A stretch of DNA of 64,000 nt from Deltaproteobacteria bacterium (lineage in GTDB: Bacteria; Myxococcota_A; UBA9160; SMWR01): assembly GCA_031405455.1 (NCBI GenBank), contig JANNIY010000168.1, positions 16,009 to 80,008 on the forward strand. Reading direction: 5' to 3'. Positions 9,069-18,777 of this stretch are shown one piece after another. The position numbers were made by a program, and so were the translations under genes. The notes beneath the pieces are model-generated. The model ran no database searches, had not been told where the DNA came from, and was given only the letters and a program-made list of their open reading frames with translations. Every line of letters starts with the position of its first letter. Position 1 is the first letter of the stretch.

Positions 9069-9935
9069 CTACGCGTCCCGAAGTGACGCTGCGGGATCCG
9101 CCAGCGAACCGGGTCGAAGGCGTGCCGCAGGGCCGTCGAGGTAGCGGTGCCGCAGTACGCAGAGCTGGTCATCGAGTGAAAGGGAGATTGGCCGTCCCGT
9201 GCGGATCCCGAGCCGCGGGACGTCCTCGTCCTTCACCACGTCGAGCAGACGCATGAGGGCGCGCAACGAGTTCTTGTGGGCAACGACGAGTACGCTGCGT
9301 CCCCTGCGCAGCTCGGGCGCCAGGGTCTCCGCCCAGAAGGGTCGGATTCTCTCGACGGTGTCGCACAGGCTCTCGGCGGAGGGCAATGCTGTCGCCACGA
9401 GGTCCGTGTAACGCACGTCGCGCGAAGGATGCCGCGGATCGTTTGCCGCAAGCAACGGAGGCGGCGCCGCAAACCGGTGTTGGCACGCCCAGACCTGCCT
9501 CGGGCCGAAGCGCCAGACTGCCTCGAGGCGGCGGAGGCCCTGTAGCGCGCCGAAGTGTCGTTCGTTCAGATACCACGATTCGACGATGGGAACCGCCGAG
9601 AGCCCCATCGCAGCCAGCGTGATCCGGAGCGTGTCGATCCCGCGCCGCAGCGCCGACGTGAAGCAGACGTCGGGGCGAAAGCCTTCAGCGATCAGCAGCT
9701 CGCCAGCGAGCTGCGCTTGAAGCTCGCCGCGCGCCGTCAGCGGCACATCGGTCCATCCCGTGAATCGATGATCGCGATTCCAGATGCTCTCGCCGTGACG
9801 CAAAAGAACGAAGGGTTTCAGGGTCGGCTCCAGGGGGGGGCCCAGATCATTCGAGCCGGAATTCGCGTGCCCAAGACTACCGCCGGTTCGCGAGAGCGCC
9901 AATCCTGTGCCGGCCGCTGCGCAGGCCCGCCGCAA
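9069..9935 (-). CDS. gpmA: 2,3-bisphosphoglycerate-dependent phosphoglycerate mutase
   Basis: LLRHGESIWNRDHRFTGWTDVPL (RHG catalytic motif) and VVAHKNSLRAL. The start is uncertain. The track start 9935 is TTG and there is no in-frame ATG. CTG 9821, with GGAG 6 nt upstream, would give a canonical 250-aa MKPFVLLRHGES... protein. Confidence 0.85.
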   Translation of the reverse strand: MRRACAAAGTGLALSRTGGSLGHANSGSNDLGPPLEPTLKPFVLLRHGESIWNRDHRFTGWTDVPLTARGELQAQLAGELLIAEGFRPDVCFTSALRRGIDTLRITLAAMGLSAVPIVESWYLNERHFGALQGLRRLEAVWRFGPRQVWACQHRFAAPPPLLAANDPRHPSRDVRYTDLVATALPSAESLCDTVERIRPFWAETLAPELRRGRSVLVVAHKNSLRALMRLLDVVKDEDVPRLGIRTGRPISLSLDDQLCVLRHRYLDGPAARLRPGSLADPAASLRDA

Positions 9936-9972
9936 AGGCGCGGAATCCGTGGGCAGGCCTACCCCGGGCGGA

Positions 9973-11742
9973 TCAGAGCGGCCAAACCTGGGTGATCACC
10001 GCAATCGCGACCACGCTGCACAGGAGATCGAGCGGCAGCCCCACGCGCATGAAATCGGCGAAGCGATAGCCGCCCGGTCCGTAGACGATCAGGTGGGTCT
10101 GATAACCGATCGGCGACGCGAAGGCGAGGCTCGCAGCCATCATCACGCCCATGATGAAGCCGCGCGGTTCAACGCCCAGTTGGCTCGCGGTCGCGATGGC
10201 GATCGGGAACATCAGAACGGCGGTCGCATTGTTCGAAAGCACCTCCGACAACACGACGGTGACGACGACGATCGCCGCGAGGCCGCCGATCGGCCCAAGG
10301 TCGCCCGCGCTCGAAACGACGAGGCGGGCGACAGCTTCGGCGACGCCCGTCTTCTCCATCGCGCTCGCAATTCCGAAGCCGGCGCCGATCGTAAGCAGCA
10401 CCGGCCAATCGACGCTGCGAAGCGCAGCGCTCGCGGAAACGCAGCGCAGGGCCACGAGCATGCCCGCCGCGACCAGCGCCGCGATCGAGACGGGAATCAC
10501 GTCGAAGACGGCGAGCGCCACCATCGCGACGCCGACCGCAGCCGCCAGTGGGGCGCGATCGTGGCGGCGCACTTCGTCGCCCTCGATTCCGCTCACGAGG
10601 TAGAAGTCCGAGCTGTTCCCGTGTACGCGCAAGAAGTGTGGAGCCGTCTGGAGCAACAGCGTGTCGCCAGGCGCGAGTTCGATCTCACCGATTTTTCCAC
10701 CCACACGTTCGCCATTGCGGTGGACGGCGATTACCACCGCGTCGTAGATGGATCGGAAATCCGCATCACGGACCCGGCGCTTCACGAGCGGCGAAGAATG
10801 CGAGACAACGGCCTCGACCAACCTCCGGCCTGCCGCCGCGTCGATCGGATCCTCGCGCTCCGGAGCGGGGACGAGCCCACGGATGCGCTGAAGGTCGACT
10901 ATGGTCGAAACTACACCGGCGAACACCAACCGATCGTCGGCGAGTATCACTTCGTCGGGTGAAACCGGCGTCAGATAGCGGCCCGCGCGGTCGATCTCGA
11001 CGAGGAACAATCCCGGCAGCTGCCGCAGGCCGGCCTCTTCCACCGATTGCGAGACGAGCGGACAGCCCGGCTGCACGAGCATCGCGACGGTGTACTCACG
11101 CCGCCGCTCGCCGAGCTCTTCGACGGGTTCCTTGCGCATCGGAAGCCAACGCGGCGCCACGAGCAGCAGATAGGCGATACCGACCACGCAAACGGGCAGG
11201 CCCACCCACGTGACCTCGAAGAAACCGATGGGCGCCATGCCTGCCTCCAGCACGAGGCCAGCGACAACGAGATTCGTGCTGGTGCCGATCAGGGTGATGC
11301 AACCGCCAAGAATCGTCGCGAAATCGAGCGGCAACAGAAAGCGGCTCGGCGAGAGCCTGTGACGGCGCGCCCACTCGATCACGACGGGCGTCATCATCGC
11401 CACGATCGGCGTGTTGTTCAGGAAGGCCGAGAGCGACGCGCTGGCGAGCACGATACGCACCCGACCCGCGGATTCCGTTTTCGCGCCGCCGAAAATGCGC
11501 GCGAACGAACGCTCGATTACACCCGATTCCCGCAGGGCGGCAGCCACCACGAAGAGCGCGGCCACGGTCGCGAGGGCTTCGTTCGAGAAACCCCCGAACG
11601 TCTCCTTCGGCGTCAGGATCCCGACGCCCGCGAGCACCGCGAGTGCACCGACGAGCACCAGATGCGGTGGAGCCATCTCCCTCGCCATTGCGACGAGCGC
11701 AGCCACGATTACCGCAAGAGTAAACCAGCCCTGCCAGTCCAT
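9973..11742 (-). CDS. SLC13/DASS-family anion permease with two internal TrkA-C (RCK_C) domains
   Basis: Track ORF, 589 aa. Polytopic hydrophobic halves (SAFLNNTPIVAMMTP, SNNATAVLMFPIA) flank two TrkA-C-like soluble repeats (LVSQSVEEAGLRQLPGLFLVEIDR..., LVKRRVRDADFRSIYDAVVIAVHRNG...). Confidence 0.9.
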   Translation of the reverse strand: MDWQGWFTLAVIVAALVAMAREMAPPHLVLVGALAVLAGVGILTPKETFGGFSNEALATVAALFVVAAALRESGVIERSFARIFGGAKTESAGRVRIVLASASLSAFLNNTPIVAMMTPVVIEWARRHRLSPSRFLLPLDFATILGGCITLIGTSTNLVVAGLVLEAGMAPIGFFEVTWVGLPVCVVGIAYLLLVAPRWLPMRKEPVEELGERRREYTVAMLVQPGCPLVSQSVEEAGLRQLPGLFLVEIDRAGRYLTPVSPDEVILADDRLVFAGVVSTIVDLQRIRGLVPAPEREDPIDAAAGRRLVEAVVSHSSPLVKRRVRDADFRSIYDAVVIAVHRNGERVGGKIGEIELAPGDTLLLQTAPHFLRVHGNSSDFYLVSGIEGDEVRRHDRAPLAAAVGVAMVALAVFDVIPVSIAALVAAGMLVALRCVSASAALRSVDWPVLLTIGAGFGIASAMEKTGVAEAVARLVVSSAGDLGPIGGLAAIVVVTVVLSEVLSNNATAVLMFPIAIATASQLGVEPRGFIMGVMMAASLAFASPIGYQTHLIVYGPGGYRFADFMRVGLPLDLLCSVVAIAVITQVWPL

Positions 11743-11779
11743 GCGCGCCCGACGTTACACGGGCCGCAGAGCGACCGCC

Positions 11780-12259
11780 CTATTCTGCATCACGAAACGC
11801 GAGCCCGCAGCCCGCACACTCGGCGGCCGCGAGATCGGCCGGCTCGCCGCACGCCGGGCACAGCCCTTCTCCCCGTGCCGCCAGGTCCAGATCCTCGGGC
11901 ACGTCGGGGATCTGCGAGCGCAGATGCTCGGTGTCGAGACGCGCGGCCTCCGCGACGTCTTCGTCGCGCACGAACACGCCGCACAGACGTTCCCCTCGGC
12001 TCGCCGTGATGCTGCCGTCTGGATCCGGCTCGAGCTCGACCCGGTGAGCGATGCCGGCAGCGGCGAGCCGCGTCGAGAAGCCGCGCCCCCAGGACAGCGT
12101 CGCCGTGCGCACGCGCCGCAGCTCGGATGCGGGCGGAAGCTCGCGAGCCGCGAGCGGCTCGCCAGCGAGTACGAGCGCAACGCCGCAATCCGCGCAGACC
12201 AACACGCTGTGAACGTATTCTTCGCCACATTCGGGGCAGTGCTTCGGCGGCAACGTCAT
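11780..12259 (-). CDS. Hypothetical protein with N- and C-terminal zinc-ribbon motifs
   Basis: Part of track ORF 11780..12283. ATG 12259 is preceded by GGAG 7 nt upstream. CPECG...CADCG at the N-terminus and CPACG...CAGCG at the C-terminus. No family recognised with confidence. Confidence 0.6.
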   Translation of the reverse strand: MTLPPKHCPECGEEYVHSVLVCADCGVALVLAGEPLAARELPPASELRRVRTATLSWGRGFSTRLAAAGIAHRVELEPDPDGSITASRGERLCGVFVRDEDVAEAARLDTEHLRSQIPDVPEDLDLAARGEGLCPACGEPADLAAAECAGCGLAFRDAE

Positions 12260-12363
12260 GCTCGTCTCCGAGGCGCGGAGCATACGCGAGGGCGGGCCTC
12301 CCGTCGCTTGACCCCCAACTTCGGGTACCGCAGGATGGCAGGGCGCAGCGCGGAGGTCCTCTC

Positions 12364-12417
12364 GTGAAGCTCTTGTGGTTCCACCTGATGCCCTACACGG
12401 ACCTCCCCGCCGACTAG
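12364..12417 (+). pseudogene. 17-codon N-terminal remnant of an LLM-class (luciferase-like) flavin/F420-dependent oxidoreductase
   Basis: GTG 12364 with GGAGG 7 nt upstream encodes (M)KLLWFHLMPYTDLPAD then TAG. This matches the characteristic LLM N-terminus (MK..WFHLMPY.DLP.DF) and then stops. The rest of the gene is absent; the opposite-strand DUF938 gene ends at the same CTAG. Confidence 0.5.
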
Positions 12418-13037
12418 GCGCCGGCGCGTCGCCGCAGGATCACGGAGAGGTTGTTCGCAGGCATCTCGACGATCTCTTCCAGCGCAAAGCCCACGGCGTC
12501 GGCCGCTGCGACGAGCACTTCCAGATCGCGCACGCCCCATTCTGGATTCTGCGAACGCAGACTGCGATCGAATGCCTGATTGCTCGCCGCGGTCGGTTCG
12601 CCGCCGCGATGAAAGGGCCCGTAGAGATAGAGCACGCGGCCCCGGCCGAGCGCACCCGCCGCGCCCCGCAAGAGGCCCTGCGCCGCGCGCCACGGCGCGA
12701 TGTGGATCATGTTGATGCACAGGATCGCCGCGAGCTCGGAGGCAACGCCGGCGCTCGCTTCCCAGTCGGCGGCCGTCGTGTCCAGGTCGAGCGGCGCGCG
12801 CAGATTGGCCACGCGCGCTGCAGCCATCCACGCCGCGATGCTCGCTCGGTGCGCCGGATCCGGATCGCTCGGCTGAAAGTCCAGACCCGGAAGCTGCTCG
12901 GCAAAAAAGACCGCATGCTCACCCGTGCCGCTCGCGATCTCGAGCACGGCGCCGCGCGCCGGCAGAACGCGGCCGAGGACCGCGAGGATCGGCTCGCGGT
13001 TGCGTTGGGTGGCGGGCGCGGAGAGGCGAGAATCCAT
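12414..13037 (-). CDS. DUF938-family SAM-dependent methyltransferase
   Basis: Residues 54-260 of track ORF 12414..13196. MDSRLSAPATQRNREPILAVL...VLEIASGTGEHAVFF...INMIHIAPW is the DUF938 signature as I recall it. About 207 aa, the usual size. Confidence 0.8.
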   Translation of the reverse strand: MDSRLSAPATQRNREPILAVLGRVLPARGAVLEIASGTGEHAVFFAEQLPGLDFQPSDPDPAHRASIAAWMAAARVANLRAPLDLDTTAADWEASAGVASELAAILCINMIHIAPWRAAQGLLRGAAGALGRGRVLYLYGPFHRGGEPTAASNQAFDRSLRSQNPEWGVRDLEVLVAAADAVGFALEEIVEMPANNLSVILRRRAGA

Positions 13038-13086
13038 CGGTCGCGTCACGATAGCGGCGCGCCGCGCTGGCGGGCAGAATGCAGGC

Positions 13087-13806
13087 ATGGCCAGCCAAGC
13101 CAGCGCCCCGCGCGTTGCCCTGCTCGCACCGATGCGATCCGAGTTGCTCCCTCTCGTCCGTACGCTCTCGTTGCGCCGGGCTGGCGGCGGAAGCAACGCG
13201 CCCTACACCGGAACGCTGGGCCGGGTCGAGATCCTCGCCGCGCAGGTCGGAATCGGGATCCGCGCCGCCGCGCGCGCAGCGGACGGCGTTCTCGCAGCTG
13301 CTTCGATCGACCATGTCGTCGTCGTGGGTGTCGCGGGTGGCATCGGAGGCAGCGTTGCCATCGGCGATCTCGTGGTACCGGCGCTCGTCGTCGACCTCGC
13401 AACCGGCGCGCAGTTTCGGCCGGCGCCGCTTGGCGCCGTGCCGCCGCACGGAACGTTGCTCACCTCGGATGGATTGCTGAACGACCCGGCGGCGTTCGCC
13501 CGCTTCGAGCAGCAGGGCGCGATCGCGATCGACATGGAGACCGCGGCCATCGCGGCCGTCTGCGAGCGTCACGGGTGTCCCTGGTCGGTGTTCCGCGCCA
13601 TCAGCGACCACACCAGCGATGGCTCGATTGATTCCGCCGTGTTCGGGCTGACGGGATCCGACGGCAACGCAAAACCTGGCGCGGTCGCCCGGTTCGTGCT
13701 CACGCAGCCGTGGCGGATTCCGCAGCTGACGCGCCTCGCACGCGGCCTCGCGCTCGCGACGAACACGGCGGCGGGTGCCGTCGCTCGCGCGCTCGCGACG
13801 CTCTGA
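13087..13806 (+). CDS. Nucleoside phosphorylase-family protein (PNP_UDP_1; MTA/SAH-nucleosidase- or HpnG/MqnB-like)
   Basis: In-frame part of track ORF 12925..13806 from ATG 13087. VALLAPMRSELLPL, VVVVGVAGGIG and AIAIDMETAAIAAVCERHGCPWSVFRAISD (the MTAN-type D-M-E...SD block). Confidence 0.8.
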   Translation: MASQASAPRVALLAPMRSELLPLVRTLSLRRAGGGSNAPYTGTLGRVEILAAQVGIGIRAAARAADGVLAAASIDHVVVVGVAGGIGGSVAIGDLVVPALVVDLATGAQFRPAPLGAVPPHGTLLTSDGLLNDPAAFARFEQQGAIAIDMETAAIAAVCERHGCPWSVFRAISDHTSDGSIDSAVFGLTGSDGNAKPGAVARFVLTQPWRIPQLTRLARGLALATNTAAGAVARALATL

Positions 13807-13812
13807 ACACGG

Positions 13813-14565
13813 TCAGCGCGGGGCCCGGCACTCCGGGTGCGCGGCGAGCATTCCGCGCGTGTTGTCCGTCAGCGCCTGCACCAGGCATCGCGAGCGCACG
13901 AAACTCTTGAGCGTCTTGTCGTCCATGCCTGTCGCCTGTGCGTCACAACGCACCGGCAGCAGAATCTGGAAGCTCGTCTGCGAGTCGATGAAATCGTCGC
14001 GCAGCGCCTCGGGAACGAGATCGCGGCAGCGCGCGAGGACGCCCTGATTCTCGGCTCGCGCGGCTTGCAGCCGTGTGCCGATGCAGGCATTGCGCTCGAG
14101 CGCGCTCGCCAGGTCATCGCACTCGAACGACGGGCTGGGCGGGCCGGGAGGCGGAACCGACGGCGATGCTTGCGCCACGGAGATGCTCGCGTACGGCTCC
14201 GTCGCCAGGGCCGCGAGTGCATGGGGACTACCGATCCGCACGAGCAGCTTCGTGACCTCCTCGAGGTTGCCGGGGCCACAGCCCCACCACATCGTCGTCT
14301 TCAAGGATTGTTCCGAACCGGGGAGGGCCGCCAACTCGTCGCGGTAGAGGGCGCCGAGCCGCTCCGCGGCGGCGACGAAATCGGAGCAGTTGCCGCTCAG
14401 CAGATCCGCACTGCACAGCATCCCGTCCTCATCGATCGCTGGACACACGAGGCTCGGGGAGGGAAGCGGCGGGTCCTGCTGCGCGGCGGCGGAGTTTGCA
14501 ACCGCGGCCCAGGCCCAGAGCGCCGCGATCACGACTGCCATCGCGAATTTTCGAATCTGGACCAT
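13813..14565 (-). CDS. Secreted Cys-rich protein with a C-terminal DUF1311/LprI-like region
   Basis: Track ORF, 250 aa. Signal peptide MVQIRKFAMAVVIAALWAWAAVANSAAA; 10 Cys in the mature part. C-terminal ERNACIGTRLQAARAENQGVLARCRDLVP... resembles lysozyme-inhibitor LprI-type helices. Confidence 0.7.
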   Translation of the reverse strand: MVQIRKFAMAVVIAALWAWAAVANSAAAQQDPPLPSPSLVCPAIDEDGMLCSADLLSGNCSDFVAAAERLGALYRDELAALPGSEQSLKTTMWWGCGPGNLEEVTKLLVRIGSPHALAALATEPYASISVAQASPSVPPPGPPSPSFECDDLASALERNACIGTRLQAARAENQGVLARCRDLVPEALRDDFIDSQTSFQILLPVRCDAQATGMDDKTLKSFVRSRCLVQALTDNTRGMLAAHPECRAPR

Positions 14566-14693
14566 CGACTCTCGTAGCTCCGCACGCGCTCGGGATCCTG
14601 CGCGTCGGCGTTGCTAGCCAAATCGCCAGCACCCCGCTACTCGCCCCCCGGCGAATCCGGATAGAATGCAACACTTCCGGCGCGAGAGGACGT

Positions 14694-16337
14694 TTGCCCG
14701 AATCGCCGCAGACCCATCGCGATCGTCCTCGGGTCGCGACGGCAGCCGTGGGCGCTGCGTGCGCGCTGTGGTTGTTCTGCGCCCTTTGGATCACGCGCGA
14801 TCACTACCCCGTCTCCCCAGACACGCTTCACCACGGAATCGTCGCGCGGAATCTCGCGCGCGGGAACGGCTTCACGATCAACATGATCCACTACCACGTC
14901 GGCCAGCATGCCGAGGTGGAACACGTCCCCGAAATGCACGCGATTCTACAACCCGTCGCTCTCGCAGGGTTGTTCGCACTATTCGGCCCGGAGCAGGCGA
15001 TGTTCCGGGTGCCCGGATTCACGTACATGGCCCTCACCGGCTTCGTCGCGTTTCTGTATGCACGCCGTGGTTTCGGCGCCGGCGCGGGGCTCGTCGCCTG
15101 CACGCTGACTCTCGCCAGCAGCCTGCTCGCCCAGTGGGCGTGGATCGGCTCGGACGATGCAGGCTTTGCTTTCTGGTTTCTGGTTGCCGTGTTTGCACTC
15201 GACGTCGCGATCGAGAAACGTTCGGCGCGGGGCTTCGCCCTCGCCGGGCTCGCGGCCGCTCTCGCGTTGCTCCAGAAACTCAGCGGCATGATCCTCCTGG
15301 CGCCGATGTTGGCGATCGCATTGAATCGCGAGACGTCTGTGCGTACCCGCCTGCGTTGGACGGCGAGCTGGCTGGCGCCATTTGCGCTTGCCTTCGGGCT
15401 CAACGCCGTGCGCAATCGCATCGCAAGCGGAGGCTGGGGGTTCCGCTTCGGTTCGATCGGCTGGATCTACAAGACGCAGGGAATCGAGGCCTATTACGGC
15501 GTCTACGATCCGATTCCGTCGCTCGCGAGCGTGCTGGGTTCGATCGGGAGCGAGCGGGTGATTTCAGTGATACGGGACCAACTCGAAGTCTTCGCGCGCG
15601 CCGTCCTGTCGCCGACGCCGGTCTTCGCGGTCGATCCCCTGAACCGACTGATGGCGCCTGGGTTTCTGTCGCTTCTCGCGCTCCTGGCGCTCGCGATTCA
15701 CGCACGTCGCCGACCCCGTTTCGCAGTTCTGGCGACACTTTCGCTGCTGGGCTCCGTCGGCTTCATCTGTGGAATCTGGCACTACGAGATCCGCTACTTC
15801 ACGCAGCTGGTCCCCTTGTTCGCCATTTCGATCAGCGGGTCGATCGTCCCGAAGGAATCTTTCGCGCAACCCCGGCGCCAGACGGCCTTCGCGATGGCCC
15901 TCTCGGCGACCGGGCTCGCCATCGTGGCCTTGAGCGTGGGGCTTTTCGCTCGCTCGTTGCAGACAATTCCACTCTTCGGAGGCGCCGCGGCGTGCAGCAG
16001 GGCCCTCGCCTGGATCCGAAGCGAAACGGCTCCGAACGATCGTATCCTGACCATCGATCCGTGGACGACGACGTGGGAAACGCAGCGAGCGTCGATCGTC
16101 GTCCCGTTCGGGCCGCGGGAGGACGTGGAGAAGGTGATCGCCTGGTATCACCCAACCTGGCTCCTCGTTCAACCCCGGTTGCTGCGACCCCGCAGCACGC
16201 AGCGCATTCAGGAGATGCTGGCGAATCCCACCGCGACTTTTTCGGCATCGCCCGTCCTCGTCGACGGCGCCTGTTCCGTTCATCGAATCACGACGTCCAT
16301 ACCGGACCAACGCACAAAGTCTCTCGAGAAATCATGA
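14694..16337 (+). CDS. GT-C fold membrane glycosyltransferase (ArnT/PMT, GT39/GT83-like)
   Basis: Frame of track ORF 14496..16337. Proposed TTG 14694 with GAGAGGA 4 nt upstream gives MPESPQTHRDRPRVATAAVGAACALWLFCALWI. GTG 14748 is an alternative. About 11 predicted TM segments, an early loop HHGIVARNLARGNGF, and a soluble C-terminal domain. Confidence 0.7.
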   Translation: MPESPQTHRDRPRVATAAVGAACALWLFCALWITRDHYPVSPDTLHHGIVARNLARGNGFTINMIHYHVGQHAEVEHVPEMHAILQPVALAGLFALFGPEQAMFRVPGFTYMALTGFVAFLYARRGFGAGAGLVACTLTLASSLLAQWAWIGSDDAGFAFWFLVAVFALDVAIEKRSARGFALAGLAAALALLQKLSGMILLAPMLAIALNRETSVRTRLRWTASWLAPFALAFGLNAVRNRIASGGWGFRFGSIGWIYKTQGIEAYYGVYDPIPSLASVLGSIGSERVISVIRDQLEVFARAVLSPTPVFAVDPLNRLMAPGFLSLLALLALAIHARRRPRFAVLATLSLLGSVGFICGIWHYEIRYFTQLVPLFAISISGSIVPKESFAQPRRQTAFAMALSATGLAIVALSVGLFARSLQTIPLFGGAAACSRALAWIRSETAPNDRILTIDPWTTTWETQRASIVVPFGPREDVEKVIAWYHPTWLLVQPRLLRPRSTQRIQEMLANPTATFSASPVLVDGACSVHRITTSIPDQRTKSLEKS

Positions 16338-16377
16338 TCCATTGGCCCGAGCACCATCACCCGAAGCATGCGCCGGT

Positions 16378-18705
16378 TCACGTGCGCAACGAACTCGTGA
16401 TCACGGCGCGGCCCGAAAGCGCGCGGGCGACCTGCTCGAGGATCTCCTCGGGCTCGTAGGGCTTGCGCACGAAACCGGCAACGCCGCTCGCAGCGATGCG
16501 CTGCGATGCGGCGTCCGAGTTGTAACCCGTGGAAATGATCACGCACACGTCGGGACGAATGCGCCGCATCGCGGCAAGCACCTCTTCACCGCTCGTATCG
16601 GGCATGGCGAGATCGAGCAGCACCGCATCGATCTCGTGGCCGCGCTCCCGAAAGCATTCGATCGCGGCCGCGCCACCGCCGGCCGTGATGACGCGATACC
16701 CCGCGCGTTCGAGGAAGGCTTGCGCCACTTCGACGACGTAGTCCTGATCGTCGACGACCAGGATGGTGCCGCTGCACAGCGTCTGCGCGTCTGCCGCGGG
16801 CGCGACTTGAGCCGCAGCGAAAACAGGTTCCGGCTGCGGCAGCAATACGCGGATCGACGTGCCGATTCCAACCTCGCTGCGCACCTGCACGACGCCGCGA
16901 TGTGCCCGGACGATCCCGAGCACGCCTGCCAGCCCGAGACCGCGGCCAGAGAACTTGGTGGTGAAAAACGGCTCGAAGATGTGCTTCTGGGTCGCGGCGT
17001 CCATGCCGTGTCCATCGTCGGCGACCTCGAGGAAGACATGCGCGCCCGCGAGAAGGCCTTCGCCACCCGAGAGAGCGGCGAGATCCGCCTCGTCGAGTTC
17101 CACCCGCCCCGTGCGCACGAACAACGCACCCGCGCCATCGCGGAGGGCCTCGCTCGCATTCGTGACGAGGTTCAGCACGACCTGTCGCAACTGGATGGTG
17201 TCGCCCTCGACCCGCGCCCGCGGCGCCATGTCGAGCTCGAGCCGGCACTGCTCCGAGACCGACGCGCGCAACAGATCCGCCATCTCCTCGACGAGATCCG
17301 AAAGATCGAGCGACTTCAGCGCAATCTCCGACTTGCCCGAATAGGCGAGCATCTGCTCGGTGAGGCCGGCTCCGAGCTGGGCGGCCGCCCGGATGCGCGC
17401 GAGACGCGAAGCCAGAGGGGAGTCCGGCGGGGCGTCCGCCAACGCCATGCGGCTGTTTCCGAGGATCACGACCAGCAGATTGTTGAAATCGTGTGCGACG
17501 CCTCCCGTCAGGAGTGCGAGGCTCTCCAGACGCTCGGCTTCGTGCACATGGAGCTCGAGCTTGCGCCGGTCCGCCTCGGCCCGCTTCGCTTGCGTGATGT
17601 CGCGGGCCGCACCCACCACGCGCAGACCGCCATCGTCGGCGTCGCGCGTCACGCGCAATCCCGCGAGCAGGCTGACGATCCGTCCGGTTTTGGCGACGAG
17701 GTCGACTTCGACCTCGCGAGTGTTTTCCGCGAGGAACGACTGGAACTGACGGCGGGCGCGCTCCCGATCCTCGGGGTCGAGCAGCGCGAGCCAACCCGTG
17801 CCCTTCAGCTCGGCCAGCGTGTATCCCGTGATGCGCGAGAACGCGTCGGTGGCCCAGCTATCGTGCACCTCGCCCTGGGGGTCGACGCGGAGTCCGAACG
17901 CGAGATCCGATCCCAGCTCGGAGACGACGCGATAGCGCTCGTTGCTTTTCTGGAGCGCCAACTCGGCGGCGGATCGCTCCGCGACTTCCTGTCGCAGAGA
18001 AGTGTTGGCGAGCGCAAGCTCCGCCGTGCGCGCCGCAACCCGCTCCTCGAGCGCATCGCGTTCTCGCTGCAGCTCGCGCCGCCCGCGCTCCCACTCCGCG
18101 CGAATCTGCACCCCGAAGAGCACCGGCACCGCCACCACCCACATCGCGAGCAGGCCCGGCGGAAACTGCGGAGCCGACATGAACCATACGACGTGGACGA
18201 CGCCGAATGCGGCGAGAACCACGATCGATGGCGCGAGCAGGCGTTGGGAGAGAGCGACCCCCGTGGCCGGCGTTGCGCGATGGACGAGCCATGCGGCGGC
18301 CAGCACGGCGAACGGCTCGATCGTGAGCGCCGAGAGGGTGGCAACCTCCGGTATTCCCGCTGCGACGAAGGCCGCGCGCAGCATTCCGTAGCCGAGCGCA
18401 AGCGGAAGGAACCAGGCCGGGACGGGGCGCGCGGAGAACACGAACGCACCCGCGAGGAGCAAGGCAACGAACAGGGAACCGAGCGGGAAGCAGAACAGGT
18501 AGGCCGAAGGGAACGTATCGCGGACGACACCGAGGATTCCGCCTGCCCCGGCCGCCAGCCAACCGCAGACCCAATACGTCGCGGGGCCGGTGTCGGGGCG
18601 CCGGAGGATGTGCCAGCCGAGCCCCAGCCACGCGCCGATCAGAACCAGGAGTGCGAGATCCATCCACACCCGAAGAATCCCCGCCCCCTCCGCCGAGATC
18701 ACCAT
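16378..18705 (-). CDS. Hybrid sensor histidine kinase/response regulator (multi-TM sensor, PAS, HisKA, HATPase_c, REC)
   Basis: Track ORF, 775 aa. H-box GGVAHDFNNLL; N/G boxes LVTNASEAL, DDGHGMD, GRGLGLAG. C-terminal receiver ILVVDDQ...LLDLAMPDTSGEE...GFVRKP. ATG 18663 is an alternative start. Confidence 0.9.
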   Translation of the reverse strand: MVISAEGAGILRVWMDLALLVLIGAWLGLGWHILRRPDTGPATYWVCGWLAAGAGGILGVVRDTFPSAYLFCFPLGSLFVALLLAGAFVFSARPVPAWFLPLALGYGMLRAAFVAAGIPEVATLSALTIEPFAVLAAAWLVHRATPATGVALSQRLLAPSIVVLAAFGVVHVVWFMSAPQFPPGLLAMWVVAVPVLFGVQIRAEWERGRRELQRERDALEERVAARTAELALANTSLRQEVAERSAAELALQKSNERYRVVSELGSDLAFGLRVDPQGEVHDSWATDAFSRITGYTLAELKGTGWLALLDPEDRERARRQFQSFLAENTREVEVDLVAKTGRIVSLLAGLRVTRDADDGGLRVVGAARDITQAKRAEADRRKLELHVHEAERLESLALLTGGVAHDFNNLLVVILGNSRMALADAPPDSPLASRLARIRAAAQLGAGLTEQMLAYSGKSEIALKSLDLSDLVEEMADLLRASVSEQCRLELDMAPRARVEGDTIQLRQVVLNLVTNASEALRDGAGALFVRTGRVELDEADLAALSGGEGLLAGAHVFLEVADDGHGMDAATQKHIFEPFFTTKFSGRGLGLAGVLGIVRAHRGVVQVRSEVGIGTSIRVLLPQPEPVFAAAQVAPAADAQTLCSGTILVVDDQDYVVEVAQAFLERAGYRVITAGGGAAAIECFRERGHEIDAVLLDLAMPDTSGEEVLAAMRRIRPDVCVIISTGYNSDAASQRIAASGVAGFVRKPYEPEEILEQVARALSGRAVITSSLRT

Positions 18706-18777
18706 ATCACGACGACGGGGGTTCCAAACCCGTCCCCCCGCTCGAAGGACGCCGCTCGATCGGGGATCCTATGGGTC

